Source: Octopus bimaculoides
Taxonomy: Eukaryota
Reading direction: 5' to 3'
NCBI RefSeq assembly: GCF_001194135.2
Contig: NC_068992.1
Coordinates: forward strand, 41,358,999 to 41,397,991
Length of the DNA stretch: 38,993 nt
In this document: positions 23,484 to 33,311 of the stretch, in pieces
Numbering within the stretch: the first letter of the stretch is position 1
Layout: each line of letters begins with the position of its first letter
Program-made: the position numbers and the translations under genes
Notes under the pieces: model-generated
Databases searched by the model: none
What the model was told of the DNA's origin: nothing
Seen by the model: only the letters and a program-made list of their open reading frames with translations

Positions 23484-23543
23484 ATCATACCGATGAGGTA
23501 ATGAAGAGTTTTTATGCTCCTAAACCAGAAACATGTCTATGAT
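23484..23543 (+). ncRNA. Minimal type I hammerhead ribozyme (U4C core variant)
   Basis: ATCATA CCGATGA GGT…ACC a GAAA CATG TC|TATGAT. Stem I is a perfect 6 bp, stem III is the palindrome ACATGT and the triplet is GUC. There is one extra A before GAAA. Confidence 0.72.
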
Positions 23544-24155
23544 TAACTATGGCTAGTTTAGTTCGTTATTTTTCTTCTTGTTTTGCCTATGTAAGTTACG
23601 GGTAACTGCTATCTGTTGGAGTTTCAGCATTTTTAGCTGCTATTTCTGAACTTCGGTATGTGGTGAAGCAACCTGTTGCTGAACCCTTAATTTTGTTTAT
23701 AAATGTATAAGAACTTTTAAATAAGTTCCACACTGATAATGGTGTTTACATACCGAAGGGCTTGGTAAAAATTATTAATTATTAATTTATTAATAAATTG
23801 ATAATCCTTTACCCTTTTAATTGTAATAATTATATATATATATACATGTATATAATTATATTTGTGATACATATTGTTAATATGTCATTGTGATATATTA
23901 TAACATCTTTGACTACCAGAGTTTAGACTATAAATGAAGATGGCTTGGTTACAATTCAGAATTCCATATTTCCTACAGTCATGGATCTGGCGCGAGGCAT
24001 TTTATTCCAGACATGTAAAGTGTCGCCTTCTTTACAATTACATCTCGAATGTGATACGTGGATTTAAAGATATTTAAAATCCACAAATTTTCCTACGTCT
24101 GTCCTTAGATGGATTAGTTCAGTTTTGGTATCTTTTTATCGTGTTTTAGTTGTTG

Positions 24156-24355
24156 TTTGCATTAGACTGTGCCCATGCTGGGGCAGCGCCTTGAAGGACT
24201 TTTAATCGAATGAATCAACGCTGGTACTTATGTTTTAAAGCTTGGTAGTATGCTACCAGTATTTTGCCGAACTCTGAAGTTACGGGGATGTAAACACAGC
24301 AACACCGGTTGTGGAGGGAGACAAACAAAGAAACATTCACACAGACAAACACACA

Positions 24356-24404
<49 letters not shown>

Positions 24405-24581
24405 ACATACGCATACACAGACACACACACACACATCTGTTAAGTTTCTTTCAGTTTCCGTCCACCGAATCCACTCAGAAAGCTTGGATTGTCCCGAAAC
24501 TATAACACAAGACGCTTGCCCAAGGTGCCATGCAGTGGGACTGAACCCAGAACCATTTGCTTCAGCAGCAAGTTCTACCAA
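24156..24581 (-). mobile_element. tRNA-derived SINE, family B (CORE-like), with internal (CA)n
   Basis: The right end reverse-complements to a tRNA-like head (GGTTCAGTCCC B-box) followed by CACCTTGGGCAAG. Shares its body with the copies at 27712 and 36826. Confidence 0.88.
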
Positions 24582-24714
24582 TGCCAATTTATACATTAAA
24601 AATTGTTCTTTTCTGCGAGTCCTAGGCTTCATAAGACCAACGATCTGGTTTCCATGGCGTGTAGGCAACCGAAATCATTTCATTCTATTGATACATGCCA
24701 GTCTGTTTCAAGAT

Positions 24715-24885
24715 TCAGAGCCAGCGATTTTTAGGGGAAGTGACCCAAGTAGTTAACAGGTACTTTATTCTGTCGACCTCGAAGTGATAATAGGCCGATT
24801 TGGCATCAGCGTAATCTGGACTCAGAACATTAAGAATCGGTAGAAATGCCGCTAAACCTTTGTCCGGTGTTAGAGATTCTGCATG
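24715..24885 (-). mobile_element. tRNA-derived SINE, family A (old, degenerate)
   Basis: Reverse complement GCAGAATCTCTAACACCGGACAAAGGTTTAGCGGCATTTC…GTTCTGAGTCCAGATT aligns with the family A head. Confidence 0.75.
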
Positions 24886-24917
24886 TTTGTCACATTATAT
24901 AAATATATTTACACTCA

Positions 24918-25261
24918 CAAGATTGCGAGCTGACAGAAACATTAGCACGCCGGGCGAAATGCATAGCGGTATTTTGTCTGCCGTTACGTTCTGAGTTCAA
25001 ATTCCGCAGAAGTCGACTTTGCCTTTCATCCTTTCGGGGTCGATAAATTAAGTGCCAGTTACGCACAGGGGTCGATGTAATCAACTTAACCCCCTTGTTT
25101 TTCCCCTCTATGTTTAGCCCCTTGTGGGCAATAAAGAAATAAGAAACGTTAGCACACCCTTTCGGGGTCGATAAATTAAATACCAGTTGCGTACTGCGGT
25201 CAATGTAATCGACTGGGCCCCTTCCCATAAAATTTTGGGCCTTGTGCCTAGAGTAGAAAAG
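24918..25261 (+). mobile_element. Dimeric family-A SINE flanked by a 16-bp target-site duplication
   Basis: AATATATTTACACTCA occurs at 24902-24917 and 25262-25277. A full monomer is followed by a second, internally deleted monomer with a different tail. Confidence 0.9.
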
Positions 25262-25295
25262 AATATATTTACACTCATGAATTTCATGGAATGTA

Positions 25296-25417
25296 CAGAG
25301 TGTCCACAAAGTCTGGGTACATGGGGATTAACACACTGTAAGAAATTATTTCTTATATTTAATTGTTTATGTTATGATTTTATTTGCTCCATGTATCCAG
25401 ACCTTGTGGACACCCTG
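25296..25417. mobile_element. 122-bp Tc1/mariner-type MITE
   Basis: TA|CAGAGTGTCCACAAAGTCTGGGTACATGG … CCATGTATCCAGACCTTGTGGACACCCTG|TA: TIRs of about 29 bp with 3 mismatches, and a TA duplication. Confidence 0.92.
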
Positions 25418-25654
25418 TATATTTGAGCGATTACCTTCTGCTGATACACTATTAACATACATATTTATACAATTGAAGCGCAGTGGTTTCATTGATAGAG
25501 AGAGCAGTAGCAGAATATATTAAACAGTATTTGGTTACTTTGCAACTATTGAATGCAATATTTCGTAGCGGCTGGGGTGAAATAAATATTCGCCGCTCAT
25601 AATTTCTTTAATGACACCCAAAAGAAAGTGAAAGATTAAAGTTGAATTAACGCA

Positions 25655-25671
25655 TAATAATAATAATAATG

Positions 25672-25726
<55 letters not shown>

Positions 25727-25761
25727 TAATAATAATAATAATAATGATAATAATAATAATG

Positions 25762-25792
<31 letters not shown>

Positions 25793-25817
25793 TAATAATG
25801 ATAATAATGATAATAAT
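25655..25817. repeat. (AAT)n/(GAT) array; a second array lies at about 25935-26042
   Basis: Direct reading; explains the poly-I and poly-L ORFs. Confidence 0.96.
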
Positions 25818-25978
25818 CCTTCTCCTAAAGGTTCAGTCATACTATAACATCTCTTATCCTTCCCTCGCCTCAGGACGATGGGTGTGTGTCAGCAAGTGAC
25901 TGTAACAAACATGCAGATTAAAAGCGAAATAAAAATATAATAACAATACTATTACTAATAATAATGGTGATGATGATG

Positions 25979-26022
<44 letters not shown>

Positions 26023-26184
26023 CATAATGATAATAATAATATTTTAAACTAGGAATATTTTATGTAACCTAATTGATTAGGAAAATGAATGTAATTAACA
26101 TTTCTCACATCAGGAATATTAATTTCAGACATCACAATTAGATGTCTTAAGATGTTTAACTCAATTAATTCAAAATAATGTCAT

Positions 26185-26209
26185 GCATACATACATACAT
26201 ACATACATG

Positions 26210-26277
<68 letters not shown>
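26185..26277. repeat. (CATA)n-(CA)n microsatellite
   Basis: Direct reading. Confidence 0.96.
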
Positions 26278-26279
<2 letters not shown>

Positions 26280-26281
<2 letters not shown>

Positions 26282-26475
26282 GTTAGTTGAAATTTACAGA
26301 AAAACAAAAGACGAAGACAGGTGTATAAACAGCAAGCAGGTGTATTAGTTTCATGCTAGGGAGGGTGAGAAAGTCTTTTACGTTTCGAGCCTACGCTCTT
26401 CAACAGAAAGGCACATTGGAAATAAACAGAGAGAGAATAAAAATATAATTTAGCGGTGAATCATGGTGCCTGTTT
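26280..26475 (-). mobile_element. Dispersed repeat, probably a Penelope-like terminal repeat, with a hammerhead-like motif
   Basis: 26280-26362 matches 38886-38993 (GAAAGACGAAGAC.GGTGT.TAAACA…GTATTAGTTT). Contains an HHR-like segment at 26375-26410. Confidence 0.55.
26375..26410 (-). ncRNA. Hammerhead-like motif with a non-canonical core
   Basis: Minus strand: CTTT CTGTTGAA GAG-CGTAGG-CTC GAAA CG TA|AAAG. Stem I is CTTT/AAAG and stem III is the palindrome ACGT. The core does not fit CUGANGA without a substitution plus an insertion. Confidence 0.4.
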
Positions 26476-26639
26476 GGAAATAGGTAGTTGGACAAGAGAG
26501 CAAGGAAGAAAGGGAGATGATAAAGTGATCCCAAAACGAAGGTATGCGTGCGTGTGTGTATGTAAGAGTGTGTATGTGTGTACGTGTGGATAGGAGCTAG
26601 TGACTTTGACATGTGGTTGTGTGCGTAAGTGTGTGCGTC

Positions 26640-26900
26640 TGTAATGTGTGGGTGTGCAAATGATGGTGTATGATGTGGGTACTAGGAAGTGTTCAGTGCT
26701 AGTGTGCGTGGAGTGACATGCAGTGGTGTGATGTGGTGTGTGGTGTGGTGTGGTGGTGTGTGGATGTGGGGGAATGGAGGTGTGGGGTATAGATTGAGAG
26801 GGTATAAATGAAGAGAGAAGGTGGGTAGGAGTGAAGAGAGGAAGTAGGTGTCAGATGAAGAGAGGAGAGGAGGGGAGCCAGATGAAGAGGGGAGGGGAGT
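26640..26900. repeat. GT-rich then GA-rich low-complexity tract
   Basis: Direct reading. Confidence 0.7.
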
Positions 26901-27021
26901 TGACATATATATATTTATAAATATACATATATACATTTGTTGCTAGGTTATGAAACGTTTTGGCGCAGCTGTTTTGANNNNNNNNNNATACATATATACA
27001 TTTGTTGCTAGGTTATGAAAC

Positions 27022-27105
27022 GTTTTGGCGCAGCTGTTTTGACGCAGTAGTTTTGACGCAGCAGTTTTGACGCAGCAGTTTTGACGCAGCAGTTTTGACG
27101 CCACC
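27022..27105 (+). repeat. 14-bp tandem array GTTTTGACGCAGCA, 6 copies, with degenerate continuation to about 27150
   Basis: Units start at 27022, 27036, 27050, 27064, 27078 and 27092. Confidence 0.95.
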
Positions 27106-27509
27106 TATTTGGCATCAGTAATTCGACGCTGACTTATTTGACATCAGACGTTTTAATGGTCTTCCCGTTTTACTGTCACTCTCTGTTTATATGCAAATGT
27201 ATTTCTTATGAGAAGATGGGAAATGTTTATGTCAATCATGATCAATTAATAGATTAATGTCATTATTACCCTCTCATTTTATTTGTGTGTGTGTGTGTGT
27301 GTGTGTGTTGATTGTGTATTTTTGCGCACACGTGCGTAGGCTTGTGCATGTATGTGTATGTGCTTAACTTCAGAGCGAACAATTTCTGTTTCCAAAATAA
27401 TTTAAATGCCTAGTGAGTCATACCACATCGTCAGCGTCCAAATATATAACGGCACTAACAAGCTACAACCATAATAATAATGTACAATTTAATAATTGTA
27501 ATTTTTGCA

Positions 27510-27665
27510 GGCTCAGGATCAGAAATTTGGAAGGAAGGGCAAGCTGATGCTTTCCACCTCAACACTGGACTGATGTTATTGATCTCTGTACATTATTGTA
27601 TCCATCCCAGAGATATGAAGGCCAGAAATGACCTCGGTAGGATTCGAACGCGGAAGATATATATG
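27510..27665 (-). mobile_element. Very degenerate family-A SINE
   Basis: …GATATGAAGGCCAGAAATGACCTCGGTAGGATTCGAACGCGGAAG parallels GGATGAAAGGCAAAGTCGAC…GGAATTTGAACTCAGAAC. Confidence 0.55.
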
Positions 27666-27711
27666 GAAGCATTTATACCGAGCCTTTATGTTTCTACTAT
27701 TCCAATTATTA

Positions 27712-28098
27712 TATTCCTTTATTTGTTTCCGTCATTTGACTGCGGCCATGCTGGAGAACCACCTTTAGTCGAACAAAACGACCCCAGGACTTATTCTTTG
27801 GAAACCTAGTACTTATTCTATCCGTCTCTTTTTGCCGAGATGCTATGTTACGGGGGACGTAAAGACATCAACATCGGTTGTCAAGCGATGCTGTGGGGAC
27901 AAACACAGACACAGAAACACGCACATGCATATATATGACGGGCTTCTCTCAGTTTCCGTCTACAAAATCCACTCACGAGGCTTTGGTTGGCTAGAGACTA
28001 TAGAAGAAGACGCTTCCCGAAGGTGCCACGCAGTGGGACTGAACCTGGAACCGTGTGGTCTGTAAGCAAGCTACTTACCACACAACCACTCCTACGCC
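27712..28098 (-). mobile_element. tRNA-derived SINE, family B
   Basis: GACTGCGGCCATGCTGGAG…GCAGTGGGACTGAACCTGGAACC…CTTACCACACAACCAC. The internal CA tract is short and degenerate. Confidence 0.9.
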
Positions 28099-28235
28099 TA
28101 TAGTACATGGCTTAAATCTATTGTGATCTAACTTTAATGATACTAAATAACAACAAAGATACTATACGGCTATAGAGATACGTATAAATTATGTAATATG
28201 TACCGTTCAAGACAAGTACACATACGAAGTCAGTT

Positions 28236-28415
28236 GACTTGCTCAAAATAGCAGTCAACTACCCCTTACACTATCATACTTTGCCGTCATAAATAAGGGA
28301 AAAAAGTATTGTACATTGTGGCGATAAATACTTAAAACAGACGGGATGATCATGGTCGGAATACAATTGGTCATAGGTGTACACGATCTTAGCTGCTGTT
28401 CTGGGCTAAGTAATA
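28236..28415 (+). mobile_element. Degenerate dispersed repeat (see 13745)
   Basis: Similarity by eye only. Confidence 0.4.
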
Positions 28416-28477
28416 ATTATAACTGATAATTTCAAAAGTATTCTGTCCACACAAGCAGTGCACAAAATTCAATGATT

Positions 28478-28826
28478 ACGTGGTACTCAACCGACGTCCA
28501 TGTGGCTCCTAAGGCTTCATTATAAGATTTTTTGGGATTCACACAGCAAAATAATAAATTGGGGATCCACAATAACATTTTAAGGGATTCTGAACAAATT
28601 TGCTTTAGATGTATGTATTGGTATGTATTGCAAAGAACAGCTAGGTTTCTTTCTCTAATCTTTTACATAGTTCAACCTACACAAGTTAATGTGTGAAAAA
28701 CAGAATAGGAATTTTCAAAATAGTTTCTATAAAACTAGTCTTTAAACATCAAATGGCTATAGGGATCCACCAGAATAAAATAGTAATCGAAGGGGTCCAT
28801 AGATAAAAAATAGTTGAGAAGCCCTG
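28478..28826. mobile_element. hAT (Charlie-like) non-autonomous element
   Basis: The right end reverse-complements to CAGGGCTTCTCAAC…TATGGACCCC. The left end is a degenerate GTGGTACTCAACC…GTCCATGTGG. The right flank ACCTAGAT fits the Charlie nnCTAGAn target, but the left TSD is not recognisable. Confidence 0.55.
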
Positions 28827-28912
28827 ACCTAGATTAATAACATTATGTAGGCATCGGATGAAGCTGAATAACGTTATCTTTGTATATTTGTATATAAGAT
28901 TAGTCTTAAATT

Positions 28913-28970
28913 TTGGCACAAGGCCAGTAATTTCGGGGATACCTATTGTATCGACCCCGGAGGTAGATAT
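28913..28970 (-). mobile_element. Family-A SINE tail fragment
   Basis: GGCACAAGGCCAGTAATTTCGGGG…ATCGACCCC matches the reverse complement of the second tail at 25200-25255. Confidence 0.55.
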
Positions 28971-29749
28971 TGAAGTTATTTTTTATATCGTCTCGTCGAA
29001 GAGATCAACACATCGACTTCTCTACGCCAACCATGTTATCTATTTTGAGATTTTTTTGCCAAATGAAATAGGAAGATATTTCTAATGTCTGCTACAACTC
29101 GCTTCCATTTCTCGAAAATAAAATGACTGATCTGTTAGGGAGTCATATTTTATAGGAGAAAAAAAGAGAACTGATTCTATTGCTTCATTTATCAACCCCG
29201 GACAGGACTCGAACGCAGAACACCAAAAGTTGGATGTATTAAAGGGAATTATTTGGTCGATGTAACAATTATGTTATTCGACTTCCCATTCATAGAGTTT
29301 ATTAGTTTATTATTATTTCTTATAGTCAATTAAATTTCGACCAAAATATGATCAAGATCTATTTCAGCGTAAACTATATTCCAATAAAAGACTAGCAGGA
29401 TATTTACCAATTGAACATATATATAGATTACAGCTGGTGTCTACGTGTAGCTAACCAGCTAGCAAAACACATCTATAAAGTTAACAAACTCATATTCTGG
29501 AATAAACATATCTGTTTTATATTATCCTGACGATATCTTGAAGTGAATTGGTTCGATGCCAATAAAAAAAAACAAAATATTTGCTTGGTTTTCAGTAACA
29601 ATAACAGCAACAACAATAGAAAAAAGAACTGTAATATGATATTCCGGATTTTATTACAGGCGAAAAGAAAGAAGTAAATTTCGTCTCACCGAGAATCGAA
29701 ATTGGGTCGGGTCGATCTTTCCCAACTAAGAAATAAATCATTTCGTTGG

Positions 29750-30030
29750 TAATTACTGCAGCACATGCACTCATTCACAGGCACGCATACGCATACAGGC
29801 ATGCACACTCACTTGCACGTACGTGCATGCCCATACATGCACGGATGCAAGCACACACACACACAAGCAAGTACACACACGTATGCACACACTTGCATAG
29901 ACACATGGAAATAAGCACACTCACGCACGATGCATTTACACACATGCTCTTAAATGTACGCACACATACACATGCACACACATATATTCATGCATACACG
30001 CACACACATGCAAACACACGCAAACACATG
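29750..30030. repeat. Degenerate (CA)n/(GCAC)n alternating purine-pyrimidine tract
   Basis: Direct reading. Confidence 0.85.
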
Positions 30031-30259
30031 TCTCCCGAAGACATCGTAAATTTTAATTCGTGGAAACGTACTTTTTCGTATTTTTTTCTTTGTAGCTGTC
30101 CTAGCTCAGTGTCCTTACATATATAAGTTTTTATTATCTTACAGGAAAATACGTAGAACGCATTGATAAGCATTAGAGATACTACTTAAATCTTAAATGA
30201 AATAAATAATGTTGTGGAAGAGTATAATCTTTTAATACATTATATAATATTTTCTATAT

Positions 30260-30299
<40 letters not shown>

Positions 30300-30663
30300 A
30301 TCTTTAAACACATTAATAAATACATTGAAATGATGACATTTTCGAAGTTTGCAGATAAATCACGATTTTTTCTAAAGCAAATGCATCCTTTCTCCCAGGC
30401 ATAATATTTTAAATGAACGTCAAATATTACTTAATGTAATAAAAAATTAAAATATTTAATTCACTATGGAATACAGTTAAGCGTATTTAGCATGTTTAGA
30501 TATTTTAATAATGAATGTCAACAACTAAATGGAAACAGTAATAGTTTAACACTTACATGTTCAAATCAAGCACAAACGAGGCTATGCACTTGTGGCTATC
30601 ATGTATGACGAATCTTCTAGTCGCAATATCGGCGCGAAATTGATGGTAATATTGCGTTCTGTT

Positions 30664-30790
30664 AAGGTGGTGAGGTGGCAGAATCGTTAGCACGGCTGGC
30701 AAAATTCTTAGCGGTATTGCATTTTGTCTGTATTTATGTTGCGAGTTCAAATTCTGCCGATGTAATTGACTTATCCACTTTTCCGAGATT
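30664..30790 (+). mobile_element. Family-A SINE, internally deleted or 3'-shortened
   Basis: AAGGTGGTGAGGTGGCAGAATCGTTAGCACG…GAGTTCAAATTCTGCCGA: A and B boxes are present. Confidence 0.85.
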
Positions 30791-31249
30791 TCTAATTTTT
30801 ACAGAAATTCGAAACCAATATTGTGTCCTGTTACATGCTATAACCAGTAATATTTTACTCAACAATATAACGGGAGGAGAGGAGCACAACACATTTACAT
30901 AAAGTTACATATATATATATATAAAGGGTTTGTATGATAATGTATAGAGGAATATATTATTCAAAAGAATTTCAACTCTGTCTGTTTTTTATGTTTTATT
31001 TATATTCTTATAAAATTAATGTGGGACATAGAATATGGAATATATAGTATATATAGTAAAATGAAATGAAATATTGAATGTCTTATTGAATAAATGAAAT
31101 ATTGAATATTAAATATATAAGGACTAGAAAACTTTCCTGCTTTCTAGCAGTCTTGAAAGTCCCGTGTGACAGGGACCTTGAAGATTGCCAGAAAGCAGGA
31201 AAGTATACTAATCCTTAAATATTTAATATTNNNNNNNNNNTATATATAT

Positions 31250-31461
31250 ATGGTAATTCATCGACTATCACGGGTGTTACGTTCCGCAATAGGTGAAAAT
31301 CCGCGAAGTAGAAACAGTACTGTACTGTATATCTTTTATTATTATTTTTATAATTTGTATATATTTATTTTATTATGAATGGAAAACAACACCATAGAAG
31401 ACTCTACGTAAGCTTAAATAATAAACCACGATAGGTGAACCGCGATATGGCGAATGGTTAT
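31250..31461. mobile_element. pogo/Tigger-like MITE (degenerate)
   Basis: The left end GGTAATTCATCGACTATCACGG resembles the reverse-complemented right end TAACCATTCGCCATATCGCGG. The subterminal repeat CG.ATAGGTGAA…CCGCGA occurs at both ends. Confidence 0.5.
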
Positions 31462-31559
31462 ATGTGTACTTATTTGTGCGTGTGTGTGTATAAATATATA
31501 ACTATGAAACGAATATTACAATTCTTGTTATCTCCCTTGTCAACCCATATTAAAAAAGA

Positions 31560-32130
31560 TAAAACTTCATAAGAGAAATTGGAGTGTACTCCTTAAGTTT
31601 CGATCCCCCTTTCTAATCAATAATCTGGAGGGCATCTATGTAGCACCAGTGTTGCATTGTATTTCCCTAATTTCAAGCCTCCTGCATCAAATCACGTGTG
31701 AGGTACTATTGTTGCTTGGGGCACTTTGGATTCACGTCTCCTTCATAAATATCTCAAGTCTTTGGAGCATGTGAACCCAAACTTCGGACTCGATCTCAAG
31801 TGAACTCGTAAGATATTAATCGATTTTGGGGTTTGGGGAAATTCTGAATCGAGGTTGAATTATATCCTGTAATGGGATTTAAGGTCTTCTTTTTACATGT
31901 CTAAATTCACAAACATCTCTCCCTTTTTTGGTCAAACCTCAGCTTTGTGAATAAATTTTTTTAAATAGGTATAGGATTCGTGAGAATTGTCGCTTTCGAG
32001 ATGTTTCGGAATTTGCGTTGTCTGCTTTTTGACATTAAGGCAAATATATTTATTTATATTTTTATGGATCCAATAGTGATTGGATGGCTTTCGTAGATGA
32101 GTGAAGATTGAATACTTTGTTCAACAGTCT
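31560..32130 (-). mobile_element. Possible highly degraded LINE RT fragment
   Basis: Near 31570-31620 the minus strand gives LIRKGDRNL / KEYTPISLM across a frameshift, similar to the LIxKKGD…NYRPISLL RT motif. The rest has many stops. Confidence 0.3.
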
Positions 32131-32850
32131 TTGCGTGTGTTTANNNNNNNNNNNNNNNNNNNNNNNNNNNNNNNNNNNNNNNNNNNNNNNNNNNNNNNNN
32201 NNNNNNNNNNNNNNNNNNNNNNNNNNNNNNNNNNNNNNNNNNNNNNNNNNNNNNNNNNNNNNNNNNNNNNNNNNNNNNNNNNNNNNNNNNNNNNNNNNNN
32301 NNNNNNNNNNNNNNNNNNNNNNNNNNNNNNNNNNNNNNNNNNNNNNNNNNNNNNNNNNNNNNNNNNNNNNNNNNNNNNNNNNNNNNNNNNNNNNNNNNNN
32401 NNNNNNNNNNNNNNNNNNNNNNNNNNNNNNNNNNNNNNNNNNNNNNNNNNNNNNNNNNNNNNNNNNNNNNNNNNNNNNNNNNNNNNNNNNNNNNNNNNNN
32501 NNNNNNNNNNNNNNNNNNNNNNNNNNNNNNNNNNNNNNNNNNNNNNNNNNNNNNNNNNNNNNNNNNNNNNNNNNNNNNNNNNNNNNNNNNNNNNNNNNNN
32601 NNNNNNNNNNNNNNNNNNNNNNNNNNNNNNNNNNNNNNNNNNNNNNNNNNNNNNNNNNNNNNNNNNNNNNNNNNNNNNNNNNNNNNNNNNNNNNNNNNNN
32701 NNNNNNNNNNNNNNNNNNNNNNNNNNNNNNNNNNNNNNNNNNNNNNNNNNNNNNNNNNNNNNNNNNNNNNNNNNNNNNNNNNNNNNNNNNNNNNNNNNNN
32801 NNNNNNNNNNNNNNNNNNNNNNNNNNNNNNNNNNNNNNNNNNNNNNNNNN

Positions 32851-32969
32851 NATATACACATAAATATACACACATATATGTTTATATACATAATATATAC
32901 ATATAGATACATACATATACATATGCATATATGTATATTAGTATGTATGTATGTATGTGTGTGCATATG

Positions 32970-33012
<43 letters not shown>

Positions 33013-33250
33013 GCACACACGAACGCACGCACACAGACACACACGCACATATACTCTCTATGTGTGTATGCATGTTCGTATTTGGGTTTATTTGTACGTG
33101 TACATGAAACGTCCAGTATATAATCTCGACTCCAAAGTAACATATACGCTAATGAATATGAATAATTTACAAAGTGCTGTGGAGTTGAGGGGCTGCAAGT
33201 AAATGTGGCTGAGACATCATAGAAGAATGCAACTAAAACAAACAATATAT

Positions 33251-33311
<61 letters not shown>
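32851..33311. repeat. AT/CA microsatellite zone between gaps
   Basis: Direct reading. Confidence 0.85.

Noticed and set aside
24057-24084. GTGGATTTAAA…TTAAAATCCAC hairpin
   Set aside because: Short and AT-rich, with no context suggesting function.
26922-27042. Exact duplication of about 55 bp on either side of a 10-N gap
   Set aside because: Typical unmerged contig overlap; probably an assembly artefact.
27022-27105. CRISPR-like array
   Set aside because: Contiguous tandem units without spacers, in eukaryotic DNA.
27510-27647. Exon-like segment within ORF 27480-27809
   Set aside because: Better explained as a degenerate antisense family-A SINE.
29526-29570. CTGACGA, plus similar core-like heptamers near 5677, 7005, 8917 and 27430
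   Set aside because: No GAAA closing a stem II; expected by chance.
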